From: an uncultured virus (IMG/VR IMGVR_UViG_3300002839_000259)
Lineage: Duplodnaviria; Heunggongvirae; Uroviricota; Caudoviricetes
Strand: one strand, 5' to 3'
Length of the DNA stretch: 54,833 nt
Virus record (IMG/VR): IMGVR_UViG_3300002839_000259
The notes under the pieces were generated by a model. It ran no database searches. It had not been told where the DNA came from and saw nothing but the letters and a program-made list of their open reading frames with translations. The position numbers were made by a program, and so were the translations under genes. This document shows, one piece after another, positions 29,371-39,911 of the stretch; the stretch's first letter is position 1, and each line of letters starts with the position of its first letter.

Positions 29371-29384
29371 CGAACAGATGTTTA
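29371..29384. promoter_or_regulatory. putative Firmicutes LexA (SOS) box
   Basis: CGAACAGATGTTTA vs consensus CGAACRNRYGTTYG, directly downstream of the minus-strand -10. Confidence 0.55.
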
Positions 29385-29439
29385 TTATAACACATTTTAA
29401 TTTTATATAAAACATAAAAATAGCATTTTTTTTCACATA

Positions 29440-30839
29440 ATCTTTCGCAAGGAGGCACGGCAATTCAATTGCCGCGAGGAATTGCGGTTATTATCACGTT
29501 TTTTTGTTAGTTTTTTGCAATAAATTAAGCAGATCTTCAATAAAATGTGATATAATTAATTATAGTGAAGAAAGGATGTGTTTAACAATGGAGCAGACAT
29601 TGACGGCAAAAATACAAATTTATCCAACGGATGCAATTTGTTTATCATTTATTGAAACCATGAATGCCTATCGCAACGCCTGTAATTATGTTGCTAGACA
29701 TGTTTTTGTCACGCGTTGTTTGAAACAACATGATATTCAGAAAGTGACGTATGCCAATTTGCGAGCAGACTACGGTCTTCGTTCGCAAATGGCAATTTCT
29801 GTTATTCGCACGGTAATTGGCAAATATAAAACCATTTTAGAGAATCAGCATGAATGGATTGAACCGTTGTTTAAAAACCCACAATTAGACCTGGTCTGGA
29901 ACCGAGATTATTCGCTGACGCGAAACGGTTTGTTCTCGGTTAATACGTTAACCGGTCGTGCTCAGGTGGCTTTTGCCACCAAAGGCATGGAACATTATTT
30001 TGATGGGTTCTGGAAATTTGGTACGGCCAAGCTTGTATACAAACATGCAAAATGGTTCTTACATATTCCCTGCACCCAAACACTACCCGAATGCGACACA
30101 ACCAACGTCAATAACGTGGTCGGCACCGATTTTGGTATGAATTTTCTGACCACCAGTTATGACAGCGATGGCAAAACAGCATTTGTTTCCGGTCGTTTTG
30201 TCAAAGCTAAACGGGCGCACTATCAGAAAGTCCGCAAGTCATTGCAACAACGCAAAACGCCGTCAGCCAGACGACGCTTAAAGAGAATCGGGCAACGAGA
30301 AAACCGTTGGATGCACGATGTTAATCATCAGGCATCAAAGGCACTCGTTACAACCCATGGACCGGACACATTGCATATTCTCGAAGACCTCACCGGGATT
30401 CGTACGGTGACAGAGAAAGTCAAACTGAAACAGCGTTATTATTCAGTCAGCTGGGCATTTTATGATCTGCGTAAGCTAATCGAATATAAAGCCATTCGCA
30501 TTGGGGCGATGACCATGGCCGTACAGCCAGCTTATACCTCGCAGACCTGTCCTAAATGTGGTCATACCGAAACATCCAATCGTAATAAAAAGAATCATAC
30601 ATTTATTTGCAAAACGTGTGGCTATCAGTCAAATGATGACCGTGTCGCTGCTATGAATCTGCACCGCAAGGGAATTGAGTACCTGAGTGCAGTGATCTGA
30701 GGTTATAAACCAAAAGATCCGGGGTGCTGTCAACCACCCCAGGATGTAACCCCAACGCAAGGTAGGAGGTTCTATTTTTAGAACCGCTCGCACTACTGGG
30801 GAGTTACAAGCTCGGTAATTCAATTACTGAGTCGTTGAC
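29440..30839 (+). mobile_element. IS200/IS605-family (IS1341-like, tnpB only) element; left boundary approximate
   Basis: Left hairpin CACGGCAATTCAATTGCCGCG; matching right hairpin CTCGGTAATTCAATTACTGAG ending GTTGAC; no tnpA. Confidence 0.8.
29588..30700 (+). CDS. tnpB: RNA-guided endonuclease TnpB, catalytic triad intact
   Basis: VVGTDFG (D), LEDLTGIR (E), YTSQTCPKCGH...CKTCG Zn finger, NDDRVAAMNL (D). Confidence 0.93.
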   Translation: MEQTLTAKIQIYPTDAICLSFIETMNAYRNACNYVARHVFVTRCLKQHDIQKVTYANLRADYGLRSQMAISVIRTVIGKYKTILENQHEWIEPLFKNPQLDLVWNRDYSLTRNGLFSVNTLTGRAQVAFATKGMEHYFDGFWKFGTAKLVYKHAKWFLHIPCTQTLPECDTTNVNNVVGTDFGMNFLTTSYDSDGKTAFVSGRFVKAKRAHYQKVRKSLQQRKTPSARRRLKRIGQRENRWMHDVNHQASKALVTTHGPDTLHILEDLTGIRTVTEKVKLKQRYYSVSWAFYDLRKLIEYKAIRIGAMTMAVQPAYTSQTCPKCGHTETSNRNKKNHTFICKTCGYQSNDDRVAAMNLHRKGIEYLSAVI

Positions 30840-30859
30840 ATACATGTGATTTTTGTTGA
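30670..30859 (+). ncRNA. predicted omegaRNA (reRNA) with flanking guide ATACATGTGATTTTTGTTGA
   Basis: Structured segment between tnpB 3' end and the right end; guide inferred as sequence after TTGAC (30839); 5' boundary approximate. Confidence 0.6.
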
Positions 30860-30907
30860 GATGTCATACAGCCGTTGTATTAATATAAAAATCTTCTTTT
30901 AATGTGT

Positions 30908-30974
30908 AAAATACACAGTTAAGTCGCAAAAAGTGTGTAATTAATACATTTAATCTGAGTTAACTGTGTATTTT
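30908..30974. repeat. perfect 15-bp inverted repeat with 37-bp spacer
   Basis: AAAATACACAGTTAA ... TTAACTGTGTATTTT. Confidence 0.8.
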
Positions 30975-31217
30975 GCTTATTTTAGACCAAAACAGCACGT
31001 GGATTAATGACGGAAAATTAATTAAAACATAAAGGTAAATGTGTCACCCATAGCTGAATTAGCTGTGGGTATTTTTTTGATAAAAATATGATACACAAGT
31101 GCTGACACCATTTGCAATCAAAGATTGCCGGGGTCACAATTGATCAAGAATCTGCTATAATCATACGTAATTGTCAAAAATATACTAAAAATATTAAATA
31201 TAAAGGGGAAATTGTAT

Positions 31218-31559
31218 ATGAAACTGATAAATCTAAAACTATCAAATCAAAGACTTTGGGCTACGAAATTTGCTATTGAACTTGCTATGACTGACTACAA
31301 GAACGATAAGTTTGGCCGCCGACAAAACATGGTAGTCGCTTGCGCCGAAATGTTAGACGAAATTGAAGAACAGGGTGAAGATGTCGTAATCATCATCGAA
31401 TCTGAGGGTGATCGCATTGATGCTATTTATTATGGACTTGATCTAGCCCTAGGTGACAACATGGAAAATGATATTCCATCAGACACGATCCGCTATTTAA
31501 TAAAAGAAATTGAAACACATGGTGAATTTCTATCCTATGCAGTTCATGATGAATATTAA
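31218..31559 (+). CDS. hypothetical protein, paralog family D
   Basis: INL.L...Q...AL...C.EM similar to 43461 and 43867. Confidence 0.7.
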   Translation: MKLINLKLSNQRLWATKFAIELAMTDYKNDKFGRRQNMVVACAEMLDEIEEQGEDVVIIIESEGDRIDAIYYGLDLALGDNMENDIPSDTIRYLIKEIETHGEFLSYAVHDEY

Positions 31560-31593
31560 ATATAAATAAAACACAGAAAGGCGCTGAAAAACC

Positions 31594-32337
31594 ATGATAT
31601 ATATCACAGGTGATACACACGGCGATTACAGCCGTTTTAAGACCCGCTCGTTCAAAGACCAAGCTACTATGTCAAAAGCTGATTATGTGATTATAACGGG
31701 TGATTTCGGCTTCTGGAGCGACACTCCGGAGCAGAATTATTGGTTGGACTGGCTAGAGAATAAATCGTTCACAACCCTGTGGGTCGACGGAAATCATGAA
31801 CACTTTGATTTATTAAAAGAGATCCCAATTGAAAAATGGCACGGTGGCAAGATTCAGCGCATTCGTCCCTCAGTCATTCACTTAATGCGTGGCCAGGTCT
31901 TTACGATCGATGGCTGCAAAATCTTTACTTTCGGCGGGGCCCGCAGTCACGACATCGATGCAGGCATTCTCAACAAAGAAGATCCTGACTTTGACTTCAA
32001 ACGCCGTCAATTAGATAAATCACGTGCGTGCTATCGTGTTGATCATGTCTCCTGGTGGCAAGAAGAAATGCCGTCGGAAGAAGAACACATCGAAGGCATT
32101 GCAAATTTAGCCAAACATGATAATAAAATCGATTATATTATCACGCACGACTGTGCTACGAATACCAAAATTTTATTATCAAAAGGTTTTTATAAACCCG
32201 ATGAATTATCCGACTATTTTCAGGATATTAAAGCAATGGTCCAATTTAAAAAATGGTATTTTGGACACTATCATGACGATAAAGCCATTAACGACCAGGA
32301 AATACTATGCTATGAACGGATTAACCGAATCTGGTGA
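31594..32337 (+). CDS. calcineurin-like metallophosphoesterase
   Basis: GDTHG, GDFG, DGNHE, THD, FGHYH. Confidence 0.92.
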   Translation: MIYITGDTHGDYSRFKTRSFKDQATMSKADYVIITGDFGFWSDTPEQNYWLDWLENKSFTTLWVDGNHEHFDLLKEIPIEKWHGGKIQRIRPSVIHLMRGQVFTIDGCKIFTFGGARSHDIDAGILNKEDPDFDFKRRQLDKSRACYRVDHVSWWQEEMPSEEEHIEGIANLAKHDNKIDYIITHDCATNTKILLSKGFYKPDELSDYFQDIKAMVQFKKWYFGHYHDDKAINDQEILCYERINRIW

Positions 32338-32392
32338 TGCAGTTAATCCCGATAGTATGTTTAAATTTATTAAAAAGAAAGTGAGAACTAAA

Positions 32393-32854
32393 ATGCAAAC
32401 ACTAAACGATATCTGGGTCCGACGACTTAAAAAATTAAAAGACGAAACAAATCAACAAAAGACAAACCCCAAAACAGGATTTGATTTTTCAAACGGCATC
32501 AAACCTAAACTTTTATACGAAAATGAAAAACATTATGATTCAACAATCAATGATTTCCATGAATTTTTAAATGATGTTCGTGATGAACACGCTTATAGTA
32601 AAACAACTTGGACTCGTAAATCAGATAAAAATAAATTGATTATCAGTATCAAACCCTATGTGATTGAAGAACAATCATATTTCATTATTGAAATGCCGGA
32701 ATGTGGATTATATTCACTTAGTTTCTACAAAAGACATACGAATATTGATTCTATTGTTGATCTCGAATATGGCACACCTATTAATCTGGAAGATTTAACC
32801 GAAATTCTTTATTGTTGCGGACTTGAAGAAGCTTTTTGCGTTGACGATGAGTAA
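32393..32854 (+). CDS. hypothetical protein
   Basis: ATG after AGAAAGTGAG RBS. Confidence 0.65.
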   Translation: MQTLNDIWVRRLKKLKDETNQQKTNPKTGFDFSNGIKPKLLYENEKHYDSTINDFHEFLNDVRDEHAYSKTTWTRKSDKNKLIISIKPYVIEEQSYFIIEMPECGLYSLSFYKRHTNIDSIVDLEYGTPINLEDLTEILYCCGLEEAFCVDDE

Positions 32855-33077
32855 AAGAAAGTAGAGATAACAATAATGGAAGAAATTCAGACAAAAATGA
32901 TCGAGTACACCCTTAGATATGGGTGTTACGGCCAAACTCACGATGGCGCGTGCAGTATTCCCGTTAATGCGACACCTGAAGAAATTAACGCACTGATATT
33001 GGAAGACGCCTACAATAATGGGGCAATCATAATCGAATTTTTCGATATGGATTAATAATAGAAAGGCTGAAAATAAT

Positions 33078-33326
33078 ATGACTTTAATAAATGCACTCAG
33101 TGTGCTTCCGCAAACCATGCAAATAGCCGTGGTTTGTTTTGTGTTGGCTCCAACACTGATACTGGTTAGCCTGATTTTCCATATACTTAGTTATGATGTG
33201 GGTATTGATGGTCTAATCGTCCACGTACGTGGTATCGAAATAGGCATTGATGGTCTCACAGGAGCCGTCGCCTGTTTAGCCATAATCATTGGTATAATCA
33301 GTGTTTTAATCGAAATGTCACACTAA
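33078..33326 (+). CDS. small membrane protein
   Basis: Two hydrophobic segments. Confidence 0.6.
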   Translation: MTLINALSVLPQTMQIAVVCFVLAPTLILVSLIFHILSYDVGIDGLIVHVRGIEIGIDGLTGAVACLAIIIGIISVLIEMSH

Positions 33327-33358
33327 TTTAAAAAACAAATAATAGAAAGAGAGAAACA

Positions 33359-33688
33359 ATGATAACTAAAATTCGTAACAGCATAATTAATAACACACCA
33401 TACTTCGAATTTGAAATACTACGAGTGCTTTTCGTCACCAGTATCATTCCGATAAGCTATGCAATATACACTGACTTGATAAATAACTTGCACAGTAATG
33501 CATTTATTACAGCATTTATAGTGTTTGTATTAGCAGTATTGATCTTTATACCAGTTAACGAGGGCTTAAAACGGATGTCTTCTAAAATTGAAGAAAGAGA
33601 AGACATTGAATTCCAAAACACACACTTTTCAGCAGAATGTGATAATGATTTTGATGTTGATGAAATAGACAACCTGAATGATGTGTAA
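33359..33688 (+). CDS. membrane protein with acidic tail
   Basis: Two TM-like segments. Confidence 0.6.
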   Translation: MITKIRNSIINNTPYFEFEILRVLFVTSIIPISYAIYTDLINNLHSNAFITAFIVFVLAVLIFIPVNEGLKRMSSKIEEREDIEFQNTHFSAECDNDFDVDEIDNLNDV

Positions 33689-33704
33689 GAAAGGACAACC
33701 AATA

Positions 33705-34592
33705 ATGCAATTATCTAAACAAACCAAAATAATGAACCGGATGCGAGCTAAATTAGCTAAATACGATTGCATGATTAACGCCTATGGCGACGCCTGGGTC
33801 TTGTTGGAAAACTTGAACTTCCCCAATTATTTTATTTATCTGGAAATCGGCGACTGGATTAAGCCCCACACTGGCACTATTTATAAAAAAATAAACTGTT
33901 TTGAAAAAACACAATTGACCTATGAAAAAGCGCTCGGCTGTGGCGAAGATATCAAACAACTGCTCGATTTTGCCAAAAATCCCGTTTTTGAAAACTATAC
34001 AAAGGGTACACAATGCGTCTATTTATCAAAACTGTATAATTATCTAACTAATCTATATACAGTTTGTGCCAATGGCGAGACAAACTGGCAGACATTAATG
34101 TCAGAACTGACCAACACCGAGCAAAGACTGATAATAGAAACATTGCAACACATTGAAATGCGACAAACAGAAACCCGTCGACTAACTGAAGCAGACAATA
34201 AAGTTAATACGGTGCTTAGATTTATGAATGACACCGCGTATTTTGACTATGATTGCGATGATCGAAAAATCATTGGTAGTGGACCGGTTCCACTGCGAAA
34301 CAATGTCTCAAAAAGCGCATCTGAAAATGATATTGATGTGTTTGGCGTACTCGATCACGATGAGAAATTCCGCTATCAATTACTCAGCCGGATGCAAGCC
34401 GATTGTGATTATTATCTCGACGGCGGCTGCGGTCAGACAAAACACTTGTGGGCACAATCAGAAACAGCTCAAATCAACACGATGCGACTACTTCACAACA
34501 GTTTTCCGGGTGACAAAAAACCTGAATGGCTGACACTGGCGCAAATTGATGACTACGAAACCAAGATTCTGACAGGCGGTCACCCTCGATGA
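33705..34592 (+). CDS. protein with C-terminal LPD11 (large polyvalent protein) domain
   Basis: FRYQLLSRMQADCDYYL.GG....KHLWA......I..MR.L.NSFP..KKPEWLT..QID.YE. Confidence 0.75.
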   Translation: MQLSKQTKIMNRMRAKLAKYDCMINAYGDAWVLLENLNFPNYFIYLEIGDWIKPHTGTIYKKINCFEKTQLTYEKALGCGEDIKQLLDFAKNPVFENYTKGTQCVYLSKLYNYLTNLYTVCANGETNWQTLMSELTNTEQRLIIETLQHIEMRQTETRRLTEADNKVNTVLRFMNDTAYFDYDCDDRKIIGSGPVPLRNNVSKSASENDIDVFGVLDHDEKFRYQLLSRMQADCDYYLDGGCGQTKHLWAQSETAQINTMRLLHNSFPGDKKPEWLTLAQIDDYETKILTGGHPR

Positions 34593-35047
34593 AACTCATT
34601 AAAGATTTTACAATTTCTGTACTGATCGCACTTATTGTTGTGATCTCCCTGGCAGGCTTTTGTGTAACAACCATTAGACAACAACATACAGATACACCGG
34701 TTGTTGAGCGCATTGATAACATGAGTTTCGTCAATGCCGCAAGCAATGACGCCACTGATTTTTACCGCGTTTATTTAGATGACGGTATCATCGACGTGTC
34801 GCACAATGCAGAACATTACACAACTGTCTACCAAACCAAAAATAACGACACTCTCATATTTGCAACACCGACTGGCGAAATAATAATGCTCAATTATTTT
34901 GATTACACCCAACCCGCTGACATCTCAATCGGCAATACACTCAGGTATTTGTTATTGCCCGATGAACAGCTTAGCGCGCTTGATAGCCAAGTTAAAATTA
35001 CACTATCGCGTGATGGTGCATCCAATATTATATTAGTTGAGAAATAA
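34589..35047 (+). CDS. membrane-anchored hypothetical protein
   Basis: N-terminal hydrophobic helix. Confidence 0.6.
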   Translation: MKLIKDFTISVLIALIVVISLAGFCVTTIRQQHTDTPVVERIDNMSFVNAASNDATDFYRVYLDDGIIDVSHNAEHYTTVYQTKNNDTLIFATPTGEIIMLNYFDYTQPADISIGNTLRYLLLPDEQLSALDSQVKITLSRDGASNIILVEK

Positions 35048-35070
35048 AAATAGAAAGTGAGAAAATAAAC

Positions 35071-35340
35071 ATGAAACAGATGATCATCACAATTGATACG
35101 ACCAACGAGGCTTTCGGTAGTGATACAATTGATGCAACCATTGAATTGTCACGCATTTTTGACAAACTGTCAAACGACCTTAACGCCGGCGAACAACCAA
35201 CAGACCTGCTTGACAGCAATAACAATGTTGTTGGTCTAGTCAGCTATGAATTTGCTGAAAATACAGACAAAGACGCGCTATCTGACACGGAATTAGTAAA
35301 AATGCTAAATAACAACAACATTAACTATGGTGTTTTTTAA
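35071..35340 (+). CDS. hypothetical protein, paralog family B
   Basis: Similar to 9355 and 54330. Confidence 0.8.
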   Translation: MKQMIITIDTTNEAFGSDTIDATIELSRIFDKLSNDLNAGEQPTDLLDSNNNVVGLVSYEFAENTDKDALSDTELVKMLNNNNINYGVF

Positions 35341-35368
35341 ATAAAAAATTAAGAAAGTGGGAACAACA

Positions 35369-36040
35369 ATGACGAAAAAAACAACCCTCGAATTATCCGA
35401 TGATCAGATTGATATGATCAAGACTGGATTGAAAGTCCTCATCAAGAGAATCGATCACAGTGTAAAACACTTTGATGTGGACCAGGTTAAAGTGTTAATT
35501 GACATGATTGAGCAAAAAGAAAAAGATGGCACATTGGATGATCAACCTGTTGAAAAATTAAAGACAATCAAAAAAATGAATACTGGTGCAACACTCGAAT
35601 CCGTATTAACTGAATTATCCGGTAATTCAGTTTTGCCAACAAATAAACCAGTTAAAAAATCAGTGAAGCCTTATGATGAGCAAACACAACAACGGGCAAG
35701 GCACTTGATTGCAAATTCCAGGTATGCAACAATGTTCGACGAAATCTGCCCAAAACAACCAAAGCCACAATACGTCGAACCTTGTCGGACACTGTTGTTA
35801 AAAGCTTTTGGAGAAGATCTGGATCTTAAACGCGATGTGATCAATCGTCATACAAGTGAAGACCTGCTAATATTCGCAGTCTATTATGGAAATAGAACAC
35901 AGCTGATATACATGCATCCGAATGCTGATCAAAAACTCGTTTTCGAAAAAAGCATCAGAACAGCGCCTCATGATCGAACCGATTTTGCGGCCAGGGCATA
36001 TGACATACCGCTGAACATGCCGATCAGATATGACAAATAA
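35369..36040 (+). CDS. hypothetical protein
   Basis: N-terminus similar to 17576. Confidence 0.7.
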   Translation: MTKKTTLELSDDQIDMIKTGLKVLIKRIDHSVKHFDVDQVKVLIDMIEQKEKDGTLDDQPVEKLKTIKKMNTGATLESVLTELSGNSVLPTNKPVKKSVKPYDEQTQQRARHLIANSRYATMFDEICPKQPKPQYVEPCRTLLLKAFGEDLDLKRDVINRHTSEDLLIFAVYYGNRTQLIYMHPNADQKLVFEKSIRTAPHDRTDFAARAYDIPLNMPIRYDK

Positions 36041-36379
36041 GTGAAAAAAGCGCATGGCCTCAATGGTTGTGCGCTTTTTTTATAAAATATATAAGTGCTA
36101 AACACGTTTTGCAAGCACGCTTGCCGGTAGAACATTTGATAAGATTTAATAAAAATTAATGTTTCAATAGAAAGGTTGTGTGAAAATAATGATTAAAATT
36201 GACATGGAAATGCCGAAAAACTGTGACGTTTGCCGCTTTCATGACAAACCAACATGGGGCGATCATGTGTGCATAGCTGATCTTGAATTCAGAATAATTA
36301 AGGACATCAATGTAAAACCTGAATGGTGCCTGTTAATCGAAGTACCAAATAATTAAAATCAGAAAGTGAGATAAATATC

Positions 36380-36772
36380 ATGGAAAAATTAAATAACTGG
36401 AAAATTGGCGACACCGTTTGGATGAAAGAATCCTGGTCAGGTAATTATTACGAATGTGTAATTACAAAAATTGGTCAAACCGACCACCGTCATCCTGATA
36501 AGAGTGTAGCGTATGCTGACCTCAAAGTGAAAAACGACCTGATGACATTATCCGCATCATTTGATAAACTATACTTAACACGCGAAGAATTAGTGCAAAA
36601 AGATAACGCTCAAAAGATTGCCTATTTAGATGAGATCAAAAGTAAAGGCGATTTAATTCGTTTTATGTTTGACCATTGTATCAACGGTGAAGAACACACA
36701 GATGACGAGGCCCGTGCCGCTGTCATTGAAAAAATGGCGGAATTCGGGATCAATTGCGGACGTACTTTTTAA
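36380..36772 (+). CDS. hypothetical protein
   Basis: WKIGDTVW start shared with 38458 (WKLGDTAW). Confidence 0.7.
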   Translation: MEKLNNWKIGDTVWMKESWSGNYYECVITKIGQTDHRHPDKSVAYADLKVKNDLMTLSASFDKLYLTREELVQKDNAQKIAYLDEIKSKGDLIRFMFDHCINGEEHTDDEARAAVIEKMAEFGINCGRTF

Positions 36773-36813
36773 TAAAATAAAAAATAACAGCAAAAGAAAG
36801 TGAGAAAACAATT

Positions 36814-37020
36814 ATGAATTTATTGATAATCGGCAGTATGGCCTTGTTCACCATAGGAACCTTGTTGGCAATAATAGTACAACAGCTTGAATTGGCAGTT
36901 GAAACACATGACCGAACGCGTTTCCATATCTTCAGAGCGCTATTATTTATTCTAGCTGCGATTTTATTTTGTGGCATTGTGGGAGCAATTATTTATCTGA
37001 TACCTTATTGGAAATTATAA
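36814..37020 (+). CDS. small membrane protein
   Basis: Two TM segments; similar layout to 52414. Confidence 0.6.
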   Translation: MNLLIIGSMALFTIGTLLAIIVQQLELAVETHDRTRFHIFRALLFILAAILFCGIVGAIIYLIPYWKL

Positions 37021-37111
37021 TAAATTGATGCACGTAGAAATCAAAGACTCTACTGAAAAAATGAGTATAATAAATTTATTCTAATAAAACAGCAAAAGAA
37101 AGTGAGAAAAT

Positions 37112-37480
37112 ATGATCAAAACAACTAACAATCAAAAACAATATCGCATTGCGGTATGTGTTGACATTAAAAAAGAGACGTTTCCACAATTTTGCCAAAA
37201 AATGGACTTCAAATTAAGTCATAAAAAACAAGAAAACATCAGGCTCATTGATGTGTCTGAACCGCCCTGTGCTTTTGTCAACGAATACGCCCGTGACCGC
37301 AAAATAGACTGCGAAACAATCGGCTATACCATCAATGATTTTCAAGATTTTATCGATGGTCATTTTAACAACCTATTTGTTTTCACTGATTCTAAGCAAG
37401 AAAACAAACTGCTCAAAATGATGAAACAAAATGCAGACACATTGCGCAACGCGTCCGAGGCTGCACAAGAAAATGAATAA
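37112..37480 (+). CDS. hypothetical protein
   Basis: ORF with RBS. Confidence 0.65.
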   Translation: MIKTTNNQKQYRIAVCVDIKKETFPQFCQKMDFKLSHKKQENIRLIDVSEPPCAFVNEYARDRKIDCETIGYTINDFQDFIDGHFNNLFVFTDSKQENKLLKMMKQNADTLRNASEAAQENE

Positions 37481-38429
37481 AACAATGAACCTCAACAAAG
37501 ATGTATTTATGTCTTGTAACAAAAATAGACGTCTTTTACTCGGCGATACAGTTGTCATAGTCGATCCGTACCCAACTGATCAACCATTGAATAAAAATAT
37601 TATCACAAATGTTAAACCCGGATGGTATGACATTTATACGAAAACAAATGAACTAGCGGATGATAAACATCCAATATCAATACAATTATTAGTGCATGTT
37701 GACACCCTCGTAGCTGAAGCATTTGAGCCAACCGATTTTGATATACAGGCTACTTCAGGTCTTTGTGGAATCACTGATTTGCAATTCTATAAAGATCGAA
37801 TTGCATCAAACCAAATCAGTATTGAACGCAATATTGGGCGAAGTAATATCACGTATGGGGCTAAACCATTTGAATTTAATGTTGGTATATTTTCCCAGGC
37901 CATATTCAGTTATACCAAAAAAGATAAGTATACAGCCGGAACCCGATCTGAAAACGGTCAAGTCGTAGCCATTTGGTTAAACCTTGACACTGATATCAAA
38001 ACAATAATGACACACAAAGACAAATGTTCAACTGCTGATGCTACCAAGATGATGCAAGCATCTGATGTTATAGTTAGCGACGTCAAAACATCCAAACATA
38101 TCGAAATAAAACATGACGCATCATTAGCAAAACGTGCGACATTATCTATGCCAATATTAAAACGAGTTAAACTTGAGTATGCAAACAATGTAATAACACG
38201 ACGTGCTCCCGATGTTAACGGTATGCCATTCTTGACAATTGTTGTTGATCTCGCTGACAAAAAAGACAAAAATCTAAAAACTCTCAACAGATTTGTTAGA
38301 CCAGATAATATATATGCAGCGCTACAAAAATACGGCATCGTTTGCGTCACATTAAGTGACATATTTGAACACTTTGCTGATATTCCGGCCTATGTGATTG
38401 ACAAAACAGAACTGGACAAAATTAATTAA
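37473..38429 (+). CDS. hypothetical protein, N-terminus related to 42759 (DUF4241-like)
   Basis: N.KPG.Y...QLL.H...SG.CGI.D shared. Confidence 0.6.
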   Translation: MNKTMNLNKDVFMSCNKNRRLLLGDTVVIVDPYPTDQPLNKNIITNVKPGWYDIYTKTNELADDKHPISIQLLVHVDTLVAEAFEPTDFDIQATSGLCGITDLQFYKDRIASNQISIERNIGRSNITYGAKPFEFNVGIFSQAIFSYTKKDKYTAGTRSENGQVVAIWLNLDTDIKTIMTHKDKCSTADATKMMQASDVIVSDVKTSKHIEIKHDASLAKRATLSMPILKRVKLEYANNVITRRAPDVNGMPFLTIVVDLADKKDKNLKTLNRFVRPDNIYAALQKYGIVCVTLSDIFEHFADIPAYVIDKTELDKIN

Positions 38430-38457
38430 ATCATAAAGAACGAAAGCGAGAAAAGAC

Positions 38458-38958
38458 ATGGATAAACCAAGTCCTACCCCAAACAAATGGAAGCTCGGTG
38501 ACACAGCGTGGGTTAGAGATGTTAACACTAACCAAAACCATAAGGGTGTTGTCCTTGATCTTCAACAATCAATATATGGCATCGTCTATGTTAATGTTTT
38601 TTGCGAAACTACCGGTGAAAGTCTAAGTCAGCCAATTCACAGAGTTTGCGCAAGTGAAGAAGCATTAGAGAAGCAAATAACATTTTTACAAATGATCAAA
38701 CAAATGGTGCCATATCAACCAATTAATGCGCTGCCATGGGAAAATGAAATAGAATACATCACCGTTGAGCAAAATCTTGACATGCTAAAACATCAGTATC
38801 ATACTCGATCTGACAACCATCGCTTTAAATCCAATAATTGGCTCAAAAGCCACGGTCAACCAATGCGACGAAAACCGTTTAAAAAAGAAAAATTTATTAG
38901 ATACATGCTCGATGAGTTATGCAACATATACAGCGACAAATTTGAGATCAAAAATTAA
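38458..38958 (+). CDS. hypothetical protein
   Basis: ORF with RBS. Confidence 0.65.
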   Translation: MDKPSPTPNKWKLGDTAWVRDVNTNQNHKGVVLDLQQSIYGIVYVNVFCETTGESLSQPIHRVCASEEALEKQITFLQMIKQMVPYQPINALPWENEIEYITVEQNLDMLKHQYHTRSDNHRFKSNNWLKSHGQPMRRKPFKKEKFIRYMLDELCNIYSDKFEIKN

Positions 38959-38975
38959 AAGAAAAAGGTGATATT

Positions 38976-39248
38976 ATGCTTTTATCAAGCAAACAACAAG
39001 TAATCAATTTAAACAATTATGATCATGTTAATCTGAGTGAATTATTTTTCAGCTCACCTAACCAAACCCACAGCATCGATGCAATCAAGATGATTGATGG
39101 GTTTTCTGGAGGACCATCAATCATTGGAGTGGCGCACGTCAATGACGAAGCTTATGGCCAGCAATTAGTGCAAGCCATTACAACAGCATGGGCCAACGGC
39201 GTCGCACAGTTTGATGTCGATGACTGGTTTATCGATAACCCTCAATAA
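38976..39248 (+). CDS. hypothetical protein
   Basis: ORF with AGGTGA RBS. Confidence 0.6.
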   Translation: MLLSSKQQVINLNNYDHVNLSELFFSSPNQTHSIDAIKMIDGFSGGPSIIGVAHVNDEAYGQQLVQAITTAWANGVAQFDVDDWFIDNPQ

Positions 39249-39352
39249 AACTTATGAAACGGTGATTTTTGCCGTTTTTTTTTATTTTGCAAGCACGCTT
39301 GCCGGTAGCACATTTAGCAACTTAAAATAATAAAAGTGAAGGTGATGCCAAA

Positions 39353-39877
39353 ATGATTATTGAGGAAAGTACAAGAACTAATTTTGAAGATTTAAGTCCG
39401 GCTGAATTGGGTCTGGTTTGGGATTGCAATTCTAAACTACGGGAAGAAGTGACAAAAGAATATCAAGAGTGTATTCAAGAGATACTGCTTGAGCAATTAA
39501 AACCTCTGACCAACGGCACGAGTGTTTTAGAAATTGAAAACAATCATTTGATCAAATGTGTCGTTAAAGACAGGAGTGGCTTTATTCATGGGTTGACGCA
39601 AATCCAGGCAGATGTTGCTATCTTTGAAGGCGATTTTGTAAAAGCATTAATTGATTTAGAGCACACCACAACACCAACATCAATGCTTGCCGATATCATG
39701 ATTAATAAACTCATCAAACTGTTTATCAAAGAAATCAAGCGCATCTTGTTCACAGGTGAAAGCGAAGACTTCATTTACAATTATTTCAAAACTGTTTATG
39801 TTGAAGATCTGGACGACGCCTATATCATCAATAACGAATACACTTTATATCAGGACGTCACCCTCAGTTATGCCTGA
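39353..39877 (+). CDS. hypothetical protein
   Basis: First gene after hairpin-CGG motif. Confidence 0.65.
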   Translation: MIIEESTRTNFEDLSPAELGLVWDCNSKLREEVTKEYQECIQEILLEQLKPLTNGTSVLEIENNHLIKCVVKDRSGFIHGLTQIQADVAIFEGDFVKALIDLEHTTTPTSMLADIMINKLIKLFIKEIKRILFTGESEDFIYNYFKTVYVEDLDDAYIINNEYTLYQDVTLSYA

Positions 39878-39911
39878 TTTGAAAATAAAAAAAAGAAAGA
39901 AGACAATCCCA

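Noticed and set aside
29457..29476. GGCAATTCAATTGCCG looks like the hairpin-CGG motif
   Set aside because: Different loop geometry, and it matches the IS right-end hairpin at 30811-30831, so it is better explained as the IS left end
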